From Oikopleura dioica (Eukaryota; Animalia; Chordata), in contig CAJRAX010000008.1 of NCBI GenBank assembly GCA_907165135.1, positions 1-64,000 of the forward strand: a stretch of DNA of 64,000 bases, in the 5' to 3' direction. The position numbers were made by a program, and so were the translations under genes. Each line of letters starts with the position of its first letter. Positions within the stretch are counted from its first letter, which is position 1. A model generated the notes under the pieces. That model saw only the letters and a program-made list of their open reading frames with translations, was not told where the DNA came from and did no database searches. Of this stretch, positions 48,701 to 60,736 are shown in pieces.

Positions 48701-51700
48701 AAAAAACGAAATTTCAAAATTTTGACCTCGTTTTTGGGCGATTCATGATAACGATGACCATCGAAAAAAAATTTTTTTTTTGAATTTTTTTTTCTAATTG
48801 GTTTGAGAAGCTCAGAATCAACCAAAATGACGCTCGGAAGACGGCAGAAACGCTGCAAATAAAATTAGAGCAAAAAACGAAATTTCAAAATTTTGACCTC
48901 GTTTTTGGGCGATTCATGATAACGATGACCATCGAAAAAAAAATTTTTTTTTTGAATTTTTTTTCTGTTGGGTTTGAGAGGCTCAGAATCAACCAAAATG
49001 ACGCTCGGAAGACAGCAGAAACGCTGCAAATAAAATAAGGGCAAAAAACGAAATATCAAAATTTTGACCTCGTTTTTGGGCGATTCATGATAACGATGAC
49101 CATCGAAAAAAAATTTTTTTTTGAATTATTTTCTGTTGGGTTTGAGAGGCTCAGAATCAACCAAAATGACGCTCGGATGACGGCAGAAACGCTGCAAATA
49201 AAATAAGGGGAAAAAACGAAATTTCAAAATTTTGACCTCGTTTTTGGACGATTCATGATAACGATGACCATCGAAAAAAAATTTTTTTTTTTTGGTTTTT
49301 TTTTCTGTTGGGTTTGAGAGGCTCAGAATCAACCAAAATGACGCTCGGATGACGGCAGAAATGCTGCAAATAAAATTAGAGCAAAAAACGAAATTTCAAA
49401 ATTTTGACCTCGTTTTTGGGCGATTCATGATAACGATGACCATCGAAATAAATTTTTTTTTTGAATTTTTTTTCTGTTGGGTTTGAGAGGCTCAGAATAA
49501 ACCAAAATGACGCTTGGATGACGGCAGAAACGCTTTAAATAAAATTAGAGCAAAAAACGAATTTTCAAAATTTTGACCTCGTTTTTGGGCGATTCATGAT
49601 AACGATGACCATCGAAAAAAATTTTTTTGAATTTTTTCTGTTCGGTTTGAGAGGCTCAGAATCAACCAAAATGACGCTCGGAAGACGGCAGAAACGCTGC
49701 AAATAAAATTAGGGCAAAAAACGAAATTCCAAAATTTTGACCTCGTTTTTGGGCGATTCATGATAACGATGACCATCGAAAAAAAAATTTTTTTTTTGGT
49801 TTTTTTTCTGTTGGGTTTGAGAGGCTCATAATAAACCAAAATGATACTCGGGAGACGGCAGAAACGCTGCAAATAAAATTAGGGCAACAAACGTAATTTC
49901 AAAATTTTGACTTCTTTTTTGGGCGATTCATGATAACGATGACCATCGAAATAAAATTTTTTTTTTGAATTATTTTCTGTTGGGTTTGAGAGGCTCAGAA
50001 TCAACCAAAATGATACTCGGGAGACGGCAGAAACGCTGCAAATAAAAAAAGGGGAAAAACGAAATTTCAAAATTTTGACCTCGTTTTTGGGCGATTAATG
50101 ATAACGATGACCATCGAAAAAAAATTTTTTTTTTGAATTATTTTCTGTTGGGTTTGAGAGGCTCAGAATCAACCAAAATGACGCTCGGATGACGGCAGAA
50201 ATGCTGCAAATAAAATTAGAGCAAAAACGAAATTTCAAAATTTTGACCTCGTTTTTGGGCGATTCATGATAACGATGACCATCGAAAAAATTTTTTTGAA
50301 TTATTTTTTCTGTTGGGTTTGAGAAGCTCAGAATCAACCAAAATGACGCTCGGAAGACGGCAGAAACGCTGCAAATAAAATTAGAGCAAAAAACGAAATT
50401 TCAAAATTTTGACCTCGTTTTTGGGCGATTCATGATAACGATGACCATCGAAAGAAAATTTTTTTTGAATTATCTTCTGTTGGCTTTGAGAGGCTCAGAA
50501 TCAACCAAAATGACGCTCGGATGACGGCAGAAATGCTGCAAATATAATTAGAGCAAAAAACGAATTTTCAAAATTTTGACCTCGTTTTTGGGCGATTCAT
50601 GATAACGATGACCATCGAAATAAAATTTTTTTTTTGAATTTTTTTTCTGTTGGGTTTGAGAGGCTCAGAATAAACCAAAATGACGCTTGGATGACGGCAG
50701 AAACGCTTTAAATAAAATTAGAGCAAAAAACGAATTTTCAAAATTTTGACCTCGTTTTTGGGCGATTCATGATAACGATGACCATCGAAAAAAAAAATTT
50801 TTTTTTTGAATTTTTTTTCTGTTGGGTTTGAGAGGCTCAGAATCAACCAAAATGACGCTCGGAAGACGGCAGAAAAGCTGCAAATAAAATTAGGGCAAAA
50901 AACGAAATTCCAAAATTTTGACCTCGTTTTTGGGCGATTCATGATAACGATGACCATCGAAAAAAAAATTTTTTTTTTGGTTTTTTTTCTGTTGGGTTTG
51001 AGAGGCTCATAATCAACCAAAATGATACTCGGGAGACGGCAGAAACGCTGCAAATAAAATTAGGGCAACAAACGTAATTTCAAAATTTTGACTTCGTTTT
51101 TGGGCGATTCATGTTAACGATGACCATCGAAAAAAAAATTTTTTTTTTGAATTTTCCTTCTGTTGGGTTTAAGAGGCTCAGAATCAACCAGAATGACGCT
51201 CGGATGACGGCAAAAACGCTGCAAATAAAAAAAGGGGAAAAAAAGAAATTTCAAAATTTTGACCTCGTTTTTGGGCGATTCATGATAACGATGACCATCG
51301 AAAAAAAATTTTTTTTTTGAATTTTCCTTCTGTTGGGTTTGAGAGGCTCAGAATCAACCAGAATGACGCTCGGATGACGGCAGAAACGCTGCAAATAAAA
51401 AAAGGGGAAAAAAAGAAATTTCAAAATTTTGACCTCGTTTTTGGGCGATATATGATAACGATGACCATCGAAAAAAAATTTTTTTTTTGAATTTTTTTTC
51501 TGTTGGGTTTGAGAGGCTCAGATTCAACCAATATGACGCTTGGATGACGGCAGAAACGCTGCAAATAAAATAAGGGCAAAAAACGAAATTTCAAAATTTT
51601 GACCTCGTTTTTGGGCGATTCATGATAACGATGACCATCGAAGAAAAAAATTTTTTTTTTGAATTTTTTTTTCTGTTGGGTTTGAGAGGCTCAGAATCAA

Positions 51701-52835
51701 CCAAAATGACGCTCGGAAGACAGCAGAAACGCTGCAAATAAAATAAGGGAAAAAAACGAAATTTCAAAATTTGGACCTCGTTTTTGGGCGATTCATGATA
51801 ACGATGACCATCGAAAAAAAAATTTTTTTTTTGAATTATTTTCTGTTGGGTTTAAGAGGCTCAGAATCAACCAAAATGACGCTTGGATGACTGCAGAAAT
51901 GCTGCAAATATAATTAGAGCAAAAAACGAATTTTCAAAATTTTTTGTGTGAATTCGGGGAGTATTTTGAGGCTTAGTTTGAGCTCAATTTCGCCGGTGAC
52001 ACTTATCAAAATTTTTTTTTTCTCTTTTTTTCCGGTATTGTATCAGAATCAACCAAAATGACGCTCGGGAGACGGCAGAAACGCTGCAAATAAAATTAGA
52101 GCAAAAAACGAAATTTCAAAATTTTGACCTCGTTTTTGGGCGATTCATGATAACGATGACCATCGAAAAAAAAATTTTTTTTTTGGTTTTTTCTTCTGTT
52201 GGGTTTGAGAGGCTCATAATCAACGAAAATGATACTCGGGAGACGGCAGAAACGCTGCAAATAAAATTAGGGCAACAAACGTAATTTCAAAATTTTGACT
52301 TCGTTTTTGGGCGATTCATGTTAACGATGACCATCGAAAAAAAAATTTTTTTTTTGAATTTTCCTTCTGTTGGGTTTGAGAGGCTCAGAATCAACCAGAA
52401 TGACGCTCGGATGACGGCAGAAACGCTGCAAATAAAAAAAGGGGAAAAAAAGAAATTTCAAAATTTTGACCTCGTTTTTGGGCGATTCATGATAACGATG
52501 ACCATCGAAAAAAAATTTTTTTTTGAATTTTTTTTCTGTTGGGTTTGAGAGGCTCAGAATCAACCAAAATGACGCTCGGAAGACAGCAGAAACGCTGCAA
52601 ATAAAATAAGGGCAAAAAACGAAATATCAAAATTTTGACCTCGTTTTTGGGCGATTCATGATAACGATGACCATCGAAAAAAAATTTTTTTTTTTGGTTT
52701 TTTTTTCTGTTGTGTTTGAGAGCCTCAGAATCAACCAAAATGACACTCGGGAGACAACAGAAACGCTGCAAATAAAATAAGGGCAAAAAAGAAATTTCAA
52801 AATTTTGACCTCGTTTTTGGGCGATTCATGATAAC
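45795..52835. repeat. ~170-bp satellite, block 2, with higher-order duplication
   Basis: Same monomer; variant markers recur about 3.9 kb apart (47209/51111; 48139/52045). Confidence 0.97.
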
Positions 52836-53884
52836 TAATATCGATCAAGGCAGGAACAGAAAAAATAAAAATTGAATATCTCTTTCACGGCCGACTTTCG
52901 TCAATTTGGATTGATTTTTGTAAAAATTCACAGATAAATTGCTGCTGTTTATTTTGCCTTGAACCCTTAACTAAGTGGGTAATTTATGAAAATTAATTTA
53001 AGTTAATTCTAGTTAATTAAGGGTTCAGGGATTAATTTTCAGTAGTGGTTTGGGAGTTTAGGTTTCTCTGGCGCTACGGTGCTTTCACAATTTCAATTGC
53101 ATGAAAAAGGATGATAGTTAAAACGCATCAACAATCACAATATCAATTTCTCTTATCTTTGGAAAAATAATACTCTTCCTTGATTTCAGTTTTATTTAAT
53201 ATTTACTGGTTATTATTTACTGCAACGATTCTCGCTGGATTTCTTCTTGATGGAACTTGCTGTATGTTTACATCCACTAGCTGAGTTCCGCATTGCGGCT
53301 TGACACTGTGACCCCGTGCGCCGCGGGATGGCGGTGTCTGTAAGTGCTCCTGGTAGGCGAAGGTTTTATGAATCCTTTTTCGGCTCGAATTTAGATCGAC
53401 TGGTCATCCTTCTACTTTAACGACGAAAATGCACTTTCTTCAACCTCGACGGCAACTGCTTCTACGACAACAACGACAAAACCGACAAATACAAGATGGA
53501 AATGGACAAACGCTCTGGACAGACGACGAAAATGGAACTGGACTTGCTTACGAATCTTTATCAAAGTGTGATATGGTCACATAGTGAGAAGTTGATCACT
53601 TTGATAAAATTGGAATGGAATTGCTGCTTATTATGGAAAATCAGATGAACTTGAATGGCGGAAGCGAAAGCGACTTGCCATATTTGGAAAGAAAAACAAC
53701 TGCGCGAAAGGCGCTTCACCATATTTGGAAACAAAAACATCTGCGCAAAAAGCGAAATTTGAAAATTTGAAAAATCGAAAATCAGTCTCTTTCATCAACC
53801 AAATAATATAGCAGCATTCCGAATTTTCTTGTGTTTTCTTTCGCAAGTCGCAGTTAGCTTAGAGATAAGGACCAGACGGTATCA
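52836..53884 (+). repeat. LTR-C (5'), termini TAATATC...GGTATCA
   Basis: Direct repeat of 59688-60736. Confidence 0.95.
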
Positions 53885-53892
53885 TAGTGACC

Positions 53893-55005
53893 ATGCCAAG
53901 CGACACGAATCTTCAATCAAAGGTACAAAAAATGCCGCAGGAACTTCTTTTTCAGCATTTTCCCTCTCTAAATCCGAGACAGTTTTTTCGACCCAATATG
54001 CTTCCGTTTGAATTTATAAATTCTAAAGATAGTTTGAGCGATAAGATTACTGCGATGCGTAAAATTTTTGAAAAATCGATTCAAGATCATGGACGGGAAA
54101 ATGAGAAATTGAGCCTGATCAAGCAGTTCGAGCGAGCTGCCGTTGATTGCATCCGTAATAATTGCTCTCACGATTTTTTGAACAATTATTCTAGAGAGAT
54201 GAGTAGCCTTGAAAATGTTGAGTCAACTTTTGAATTTCTCGAGTCTCTTTTCGGCTCTGAAACTGAGGAGGAAAAAAAGGAGCGCGCGTCGGTCGAGCTT
54301 GAAAAATTGACAAGACGAACAGATATGAATGAGAAATTTTCATCCTTTCTTCAAAGAATCAAAACTGTTGCTCAAATGATTTCGGACAAGCCCGATGCCA
54401 TTAATTTTATCGTAGATGATCATTTTTCGAAAAATCTTGAGCCCGCAAATCGTGCATTTCTTAGAGATCACGGTTACAGTAAAAAAGCAACTGCTGATAT
54501 TGTTTCATTTCTTGATTCCCGCGAGAGATACTTAAACGTAAATATTTCTGCAGTTCAGTCAAACGAACTGTCGCATTTTGTTGATAAAACAAGTGAATTG
54601 CTGGAGTCAAAATTGAACCAAATGGAAGCGGTTTATGAGAAACGAGCTGCTGATTTTAGTGCAAGTATTGATAAATTGACTGCGACAGTCGCAAAACTCG
54701 AACTTGAGAAAAATAACTTGCGCCAAAATTTTCAGGCCCCTATTCAAAACCAGAATCAAGCGAATTCGGCTCCAGGATTTCCTCCTCAGTTTGATAGCTT
54801 TTGGAATCCTCAATTTGGGAGTCAGAGTCAGATGGCGGGATTTGCCCCACGGCCAACAGCATTTTGTTTCAATTGTAGACAATACGGTCATTTTAAGTCC
54901 CGTTGCCCGAAAATCAAATGCTATGAATGTCAAAAACTTGGGCACATTGGCCGTTTTTGCCCGGAAAAATCTGCAAAAGAAGGAGTCAGCGACTCAAAAT
55001 ACTAG
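53893..55005 (+). CDS. gag: Gypsy-C gag
   Basis: Intact ORF; knuckles CFNCRQYGHFKSRC and CYECQKLGHIGRFC; colinear with gag-A and gag-B. Confidence 0.95.
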   Translation: MPSDTNLQSKVQKMPQELLFQHFPSLNPRQFFRPNMLPFEFINSKDSLSDKITAMRKIFEKSIQDHGRENEKLSLIKQFERAAVDCIRNNCSHDFLNNYSREMSSLENVESTFEFLESLFGSETEEEKKERASVELEKLTRRTDMNEKFSSFLQRIKTVAQMISDKPDAINFIVDDHFSKNLEPANRAFLRDHGYSKKATADIVSFLDSRERYLNVNISAVQSNELSHFVDKTSELLESKLNQMEAVYEKRAADFSASIDKLTATVAKLELEKNNLRQNFQAPIQNQNQANSAPGFPPQFDSFWNPQFGSQSQMAGFAPRPTAFCFNCRQYGHFKSRCPKIKCYECQKLGHIGRFCPEKSAKEGVSDSKY

Positions 55006-55038
55006 ATCGCGAGCCCAATTCTGACCAAATTTGGGTTC
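54996..55038 (+). promoter_or_regulatory. Probable -1 frameshift signal of C: imperfect A AAA TAC plus hairpin
   Basis: pol in the -1 frame; GAGCCCAA/TTGGGTTC stem downstream; the heptamer is non-canonical. Confidence 0.6.
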
Positions 55039-58000
55039 CTCAGATTTCTGTAAATAATGTAGGACAGCAATTTTTTGTTAATGTAAATATTTTTAACAGT
55101 CACGTGCGGTGTCTTGTAGACACAGGCGCCCAAATAAATATTATTTGTCACAAATACATCCCAAAAAACATAAAAATTGAAAAAACAAAAATAAATGTCG
55201 TTAACTATTCCGGTGGAAAAATTGATATTATCGGTAAGGTTGAAGCCGAGATAGTTATTGACGAAAAAATAAATGGTAAATCAACTTTTTACGTAGTTTC
55301 AAATGATTTTTGCCCGATTTTTGGTGTTCCAGCGCTTATTGATAATGAATTACTTATTAACCTCAAACGTAAACGCTTAATAAAAAACGGACCTGTGGAG
55401 AGATTTGCCTGTTTAAATGAAGTTACCGTTAATTCTTCAGTAAGTGACAATCATGAGGCGCAGATAAATTTAGAGGATGGGCCTTACAGTGCGTTATCAA
55501 GAGAAACATTTTCTTTCAGGCCGAAGTCAGAAACGATTATTGATCTTCATGTTCAAAATTTGGCATCACCAAAAAATCTTTTCTTTGAACATTCAAATTT
55601 AGGAGATTCAAAATTGCAATTGATTCCAAGTTTTCAGACCGTTGATAGTGATTCTCCAATTTTTCGATGTCTTGTTATAAATCCTACCGAGAGTAATATT
55701 AAAATTCACGCTGGTACAATTTACGTTAAGCTCGAGGAAGTTGTTGAGATTGCGAGAATAAGAAAAACGAGGAATAAAAATCTTGACAACCTCCAGGTCG
55801 GGCCAATTGATTCACACTCAGTCAAAAATAATTTTGATGCTCTTACTGATGAATTTTCATTTCTTTTTTTGGACAACGATGATCCACTTCCTGCGTGTAA
55901 TCTTGAAAAATTTTCGATTGAAACTGAGTCAAAACATCCCATTGCGGTTGCCCCGTACAGAACTCCATTCAGCCTTAGAAATGAAATGTGGTCGATGTTA
56001 AAACGAGACATGGAAAATGACATTATAGAACGATGTACCAGTCCATGGAATTCCCCTTGTTTGTTAGTTCGAAAAAAAGATGGCACATATCGGTTAGTGA
56101 TCGATTTTCGGCAATTGAATAATGTGACGTATCAACAGCATCATCCCTTGCCGAATCTCGAAGATAGTCTATCTTATCTGGAGAAAAGCAGAATTTTTAG
56201 CTCATTAGATTTGATAAAAGGATTTTACCAAATTTTAATCGAAGAAGATTCAAAGGATAAAACGGCTTTTAGTTGTGAATTTGGCCAATTTAGATTTAAG
56301 AGAATGCCGATGGGCGCGAAAAATAGCCCATCGCATTTTATGCGAATAATGGACAAGGTTTTAATGGGCACAGAGAAGACGCAAATCCTTGCGTACATGG
56401 ACGATCTTCTTTGCCATAGTGTAACCGAGGAGGATCATCTTCTCTGTCTCCGAAAATTTTTTACTATTTGCAGCGCTAATAATCTACGAATTCATTCACG
56501 AAAAGCACTATTTTTTCAAAAAACAGTTACTTTTTGTGGTTATGTTATAAGTAGCGGCAACGTTTACCCATCACGAGATAAGATTAAGGCAATCGAGAAA
56601 TTAGCTATTCCGAAGTCGAAAGAACAAGCTCAAAGTCTTTTTGGACTTTTAAATTTTCATAGACGATTTATCAAAAATTTTGCGGAAATTGCTTTGCCAA
56701 TAACGAAAACCTATAGAAATAATTTTTGCTGGACCGATGAAGCTACAGATGCACTCCACACACTCAAAAGATTAATTTGTGATAATTCGCTGAAATTGAA
56801 AATTGCCCCATCAGACGGCGGGATTTTTGTGCTCGAGACTGACGCAAGTAATTATGGATATGGCGGGGTTTTATATATTTGCGAGCAAAATAATAATCAA
56901 GAATCGCATTTTCATAATTCTGACTGTCTCTTACCGGTTATGTATAACAGTGGTAATTTTAATCAATCTCAAGTTAACTATACAATCATTGAAAAAGAGC
57001 TTCTTTCAGCAAAACTTTGCATGGAAAAATGGTCGGTTTATTTAGCATGTCGAGAATTTCACTGGATCACGGATAATAATAATATAAAATACATTAAAAC
57101 TCTTCGTACTTGTAACCAAAAATTAGCCAGATGGATAACTGATTTACAGTCGTTTTCATTTCGAGTGATTAGTAAATCATCAAGCAAAATGAAAATAAGT
57201 GATTATCTAAGCCGTCATTCAGCGTCTAATCTTACGGTCAATGCAATGAAACTGAATGAAAATCGTTTTCTCGAGCTCCAGAAACTTGATTCAACCCTTT
57301 CAGAAATACGAAAATTTTTAAACATCGATCGCTGGCCTAATAATCCTAAGAATGACATTGCGTTTTATCTTCTTCTTCGAGATAAGCTTGAAATATCAGA
57401 AACTGGTCTAATAGTGTATAAAGAAAGTAATAATATTTGTCGCGTTTGTGTTCCTCGAGAGCTTGAAATGGAGATTATCGAAAATTATCATAATTACTGT
57501 CATGCGGGAATAGACCAAATTTTTGCTAAAATCTCACTCAAATATATTTGGCCAAAGATGAAAATAGGAATAAGGGAGTTTATACGTAGTTGCTCATATT
57601 GTCAAAAAGACAAACCAAATTATCATCCAAATAGAGCCCCGACACTAACTTTTAAAACACCGACCGGCCCCTATCAAGTTTTTGGATTTGATTTAATTAC
57701 ATTGCCCCCAACTGATAGAGGAAATCGTTATGTTATGGTAATGGTAGATTTCTTCTCAAAATTTGGGTACTGTGAACCATTAACATCAAGAAATTCTCAT
57801 AATTTACTTTCGAAATTCAAAAATGTTATTTTCCGAAATCCATTTTTTCCGAAATATGTTGTTCTGGATAACGCCCGTGAACATTCTGAAATTGAAAATT
57901 TTATGATTCAAAATAATATTGAGCCACATTTTTCGCCTCCAAGACATCCACAAAGTAACGGGCAATGTGAAAATTTTAATAGAAATTTAAAAAGTCGATT

Positions 58001-59603
58001 GCGAGCTAAGTGTAATTATGAGAACTGGGATTTATGTCTTCAAGAGGTACTTCATGATATAAATAACTCTTCTCATTCTGTGACAGGTCTTTCGCCCTTT
58101 ACAATTCAAACAGGTTTTAGAAATCCCCATCATATTTTTGATAAGAATTTTCGAGAGTATAACGAAAGAGTAGAAATCAATTTTGAGTCAATTAAAAATC
58201 TTATCGACGAGGAAAAAAAAGCTAGACTTGGGAAATTTGCTAATCCATCATTTACCCCGTATAAAATTGGAGAAAAAGTTTTATTACGAAATTTTGATAA
58301 TAAAAAACCATCATTTTTCGGACCATTTGAGATCATTTCTGCTTCAAAAGAAGGAACATGGTACACTGTAAAATCAGGCAAACAGTCATTTAGGCGTCAC
58401 GCGGATGACCTTAAGAAATTTCATTCTCGTTTAGATAACCCTAGAATAAATAAAACCCTAGAACCAAAAATTCCTGAAATTGAACAAATTTTGCCAGACC
58501 CTATTTTTAGCAATGAGCCCCCGACTTTTTCTTATTTTTCTGCAGCATCATCCCGAGAAACCGATTCATTTGAGGCCAAAAAAGATATTGCCCTTGATAA
58601 ACTTTCATCGGCTTGCGTTGATAGAATTTTTGAAAATATTTTTTCTCAATTTATAGTCGATGCGCTTTCGGATAATGAAGAGGAGAGTTCTTCATCCTCA
58701 GAAGATGAAAGCTCTGTTATTTCTGTAATTGAAAACGAGGGTGAATTCGAGATTTTGGAACGAGATGAAATTGATAAGTTAAGCGGTATCTTGCCTAATC
58801 CAGTAAGGCAACTAGAATTTTCTACCGATTCAGAGTTTGAAATTGAAACAAACAGTGAGTTATGGGAAATAACCATCGATTCGGACCCTGAAACGGTAGA
58901 AAAGAGTCCTAAATTAATATCTTATGATAAACTACAATTGACGCAAAATGATCGGCTTGTCACTCCAAAAGACTCTGATATTGACCCAATAAGAAAACTT
59001 GCATATAAAGCCAAAAGAGAACGGGAATCTTCAAAAGACTCTGCCCCAAGCCCAAAAAAAGCAAATACAAATTTTGAATCAAATTTTTATGAAATTGAAA
59101 ACATGTCGATAGTGATTAAATTGGAAAATGAAAATATGGGATTTTTCGAAAAACTGGATCGGGAATATGAGGCCTTTGCCGCGGACATGATGGTCGAAAA
59201 TGGTTGTATTCTTAGGCTAAGTGAGCTTGCGAAAGATAATCTCATGTATATTTTATGGAAATTTGAAATTGAATTTTCGGAAACAGAAAATGTAGGAGAT
59301 TTAAGATTAAAAATTCGAGACTATATTCAATCAAATCATCCAAATTGGCGAAAAACGAATTCAGGAGACCTTCTCTTTTTTTCAATCTTGCATTTGAGAG
59401 AACGGAAGCGTCTCTCTGAATTAAACAAACCCGAGTTAAAAGTTTTGATAGCTCAATTTAATTTGTCTGAGAAGTGTATTCCTTCAAAACTGTCAAAAAA
59501 TGAATTATTAAGATTTATTGATGAAAAATTTCTCCTTCTTTTTCCAAATCATCCGCGAGAAAATAATGAGCTTATTTTTGAACCGAAAACAAATATTCAA
59601 TAG
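55002..59603 (+). CDS. pol: Gypsy-C pol (PR-RT-RH-IN, acidic linker, tandem C-terminal domain), intact
   Basis: LVDTGA, YMDD, ETDAS, HNYCH..CSYC, FDLI, LDNARE, NGQCE, KPSFFGPF. Confidence 0.97.
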   Translation, partial: LDREPNSDQIWVPQISVNNVGQQFFVNVNIFNSHVRCLVDTGAQINIICHKYIPKNIKIEKTKINVVNYSGGKIDIIGKVEAEIVIDEKINGKSTFYVVSNDFCPIFGVPALIDNELLINLKRKRLIKNGPVERFACLNEVTVNSSVSDNHEAQINLEDGPYSALSRETFSFRPKSETIIDLHVQNLASPKNLFFEHSNLGDSKLQLIPSFQTVDSDSPIFRCLVINPTESNIKIHAGTIYVKLEEVVEIARIRKTRNKNLDNLQVGPIDSHSVKNNFDALTDEFSFLFLDNDDPLPACNLEKFSIETESKHPIAVAPYRTPFSLRNEMWSMLKRDMENDIIERCTSPWNSPCLLVRKKDGTYRLVIDFRQLNNVTYQQHHPLPNLEDSLSYLEKSRIFSSLDLIKGFYQILIEEDSKDKTAFSCEFGQFRFKRMPMGAKNSPSHFMRIMDKVLMGTEKTQILAYMDDLLCHSVTEEDHLLCLRKFFTICSANNLRIHSRKALFFQKTVTFCGYVISSGNVYPSRDKIKAIEKLAIPKSKEQAQSLFGLLNFHRRFIKNFAEIALPITKTYRNNFCWTDEATDALHTLKRLICDNSLKLKIAPSDGGIFVLETDASNYGYGGVLYICEQNNNQESHFHNSDCLLPVMYNSGNFNQSQVNYTIIEKELLSAKLCMEKWSVYLACREFHWITDNNNIKYIKTLRTCNQKLARWITDLQSFSFRVISKSSSKMKISDYLSRHSASNLTVNAMKLNENRFLELQKLDSTLSEIRKFLNIDRWPNNPKNDIAFYLLLRDKLEISETGLIVYKESNNICRVCVPRELEMEIIENYHNYCHAGIDQIFAKISLKYIWPKMKIGIREFIRSCSYCQKDKPNYHPNRAPTLTFKTPTGPYQVFGFDLITLPPTDRGNRYVMVMVDFFSKFGYCEPLTSRNSHNLLSKFKNVIFRNPFFPKYVVLDNAREHSEIENFMIQNNIEPHFSPPRHPQSNGQCENFNRNLKSRLRAKCNYENWDLCLQEVLHDINNSSHSVTGLSPFTIQTGFRNPHHIFDKNFREYNERVEINFESIKNLIDEEKKARLGKFANPSFTPYKIGEKVLLRNFDNKKPSFFGPFEIISASKEGTWYTVKSGKQSFRRHADDLKKFHSRLDNPRINKTLEPKIPEIEQILPDPIFSNEPPTFSYFSAASSRETDSFEAKKDIALDKLSSACVDRIFENIFSQFIVDALSDNEEESSSSSEDESSVISVIENEGEFEILERDEIDKLSGILPNPVRQLEFSTDSEFEIETNSELWEITIDSDPETVEKSPKLISYDKLQLTQNDRLVTPKDSDIDPIRKLAYKAKRERESSKDSAPSPKKANTNFESNFYEIENMSIVIKLENENMGFFEKLDREYEAFAADMMVENGCILRLSELAKDNLMYILWKFEIEFSETENVGDLRLKIRDYIQSNHPNWRKTNSGDLLFFSILHLRERKRLSELNKPELKVLIAQFNLSEKCIPSKLSKNELLRFIDEKFLLLFPNHPRENNELIFEPKTNIQ

Positions 59604-59687
59604 TTCTTGATAAATCGATGAATACAAAAAAAAAAAATAATAGAAAAAAAAAAAATCAATAAAAAAAAATCCCTGGCGTGGCCATAC

Positions 59688-60736
59688 TAATATCGATCAA
59701 GGCAGGAACAGAAAAAATAAAAATTGAATATCTCTTTCACGGCCGACTTTCGTCAATTTGGATTGATTTTTGTAAAAATTCACAGATAAATTGCTGCTGT
59801 TTATTTTGCCTTGAACCCTTAACTAAGTGGGTAATTTATGAAAATTAATTTAAGTTAATTCTAGTTAATTAAGGGTTCAGGGATTAATTTTCAGTAGTGG
59901 TTTGGGAGTTTAGGTTTCTCTGGCGCTACGGTGCTTTCACAATTTCAATTGCATGAAAAAGGATGATAGTTAAAACGCATCAACAATCACAATATCAATT
60001 TCTCTTATCTTTGGAAAAATTATACTCTTCCTTGATTTCAGTTTTATTTAATATTTACTGGTTATTATTTACTGCAACGATTCTCGCTGGATTTCTTCTT
60101 GATGGAACTTGCTGTATGTTTACATCCACTAGCTGAGTTCCGCATTGCGGCTTGACACTGTGACTCCGTGCGCCGCGGGATGGCGGTGTCTGTAAGTGCT
60201 CCTGGTAGGCGAAGGTTTTATGAATCCTTTTTCGGCTCGAATTTAGATCGACTGGTCATCCTTCTACTTTAACGACGAAAATGCACTTTCTTCAACCTCG
60301 ACGGCAACTGCTTCTACGACAACAACGACAAAACCGACAAATACAAGATGGAAATGGACAAACGCTCTGGACAGACGACGAAAATGGAACTGGACTTGCT
60401 TACGAATCTTTATCAAAGTGTGATATGGTCACATAGTGAGAAGTTGATCACTTTGATAAAATTGGAATGGAATTGCTGCTTATTATGGAAAATCGGATGA
60501 ACTTGAATGGCGGTAGCGAAAGCGACTTGCCATATTTGGAAAGAAAAACAACTGCGCGAAAGGCGCTTCACCATATTTGGAAACAAAAACATCTGCGCAA
60601 AAAGCGAAATTTGAAAATTTGAAAAATCGAAAATCAGTCTCTTTCATCAACCAAATAATATAGCAGCATTCCGAATTTTCTTGTGTTTTCTTTCGCAAGT
60701 CGCAGTTAGCTTAGAGATAAGGACAAGACGGTATCA
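59688..60736 (+). repeat. LTR-C (3')
   Basis: Direct repeat of 52836-53884. Confidence 0.95.

Larger units (their letters stand above)
52836..60736 (+). mobile_element. Gypsy-C LTR retrotransposon, full length with intact ORFs
   Basis: 1049-bp LTRs at 52836-53884 and 59688-60736 differing by a few substitutions; TSD ATAAC at 52831-52835 and 60737-60741. Confidence 0.98.
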
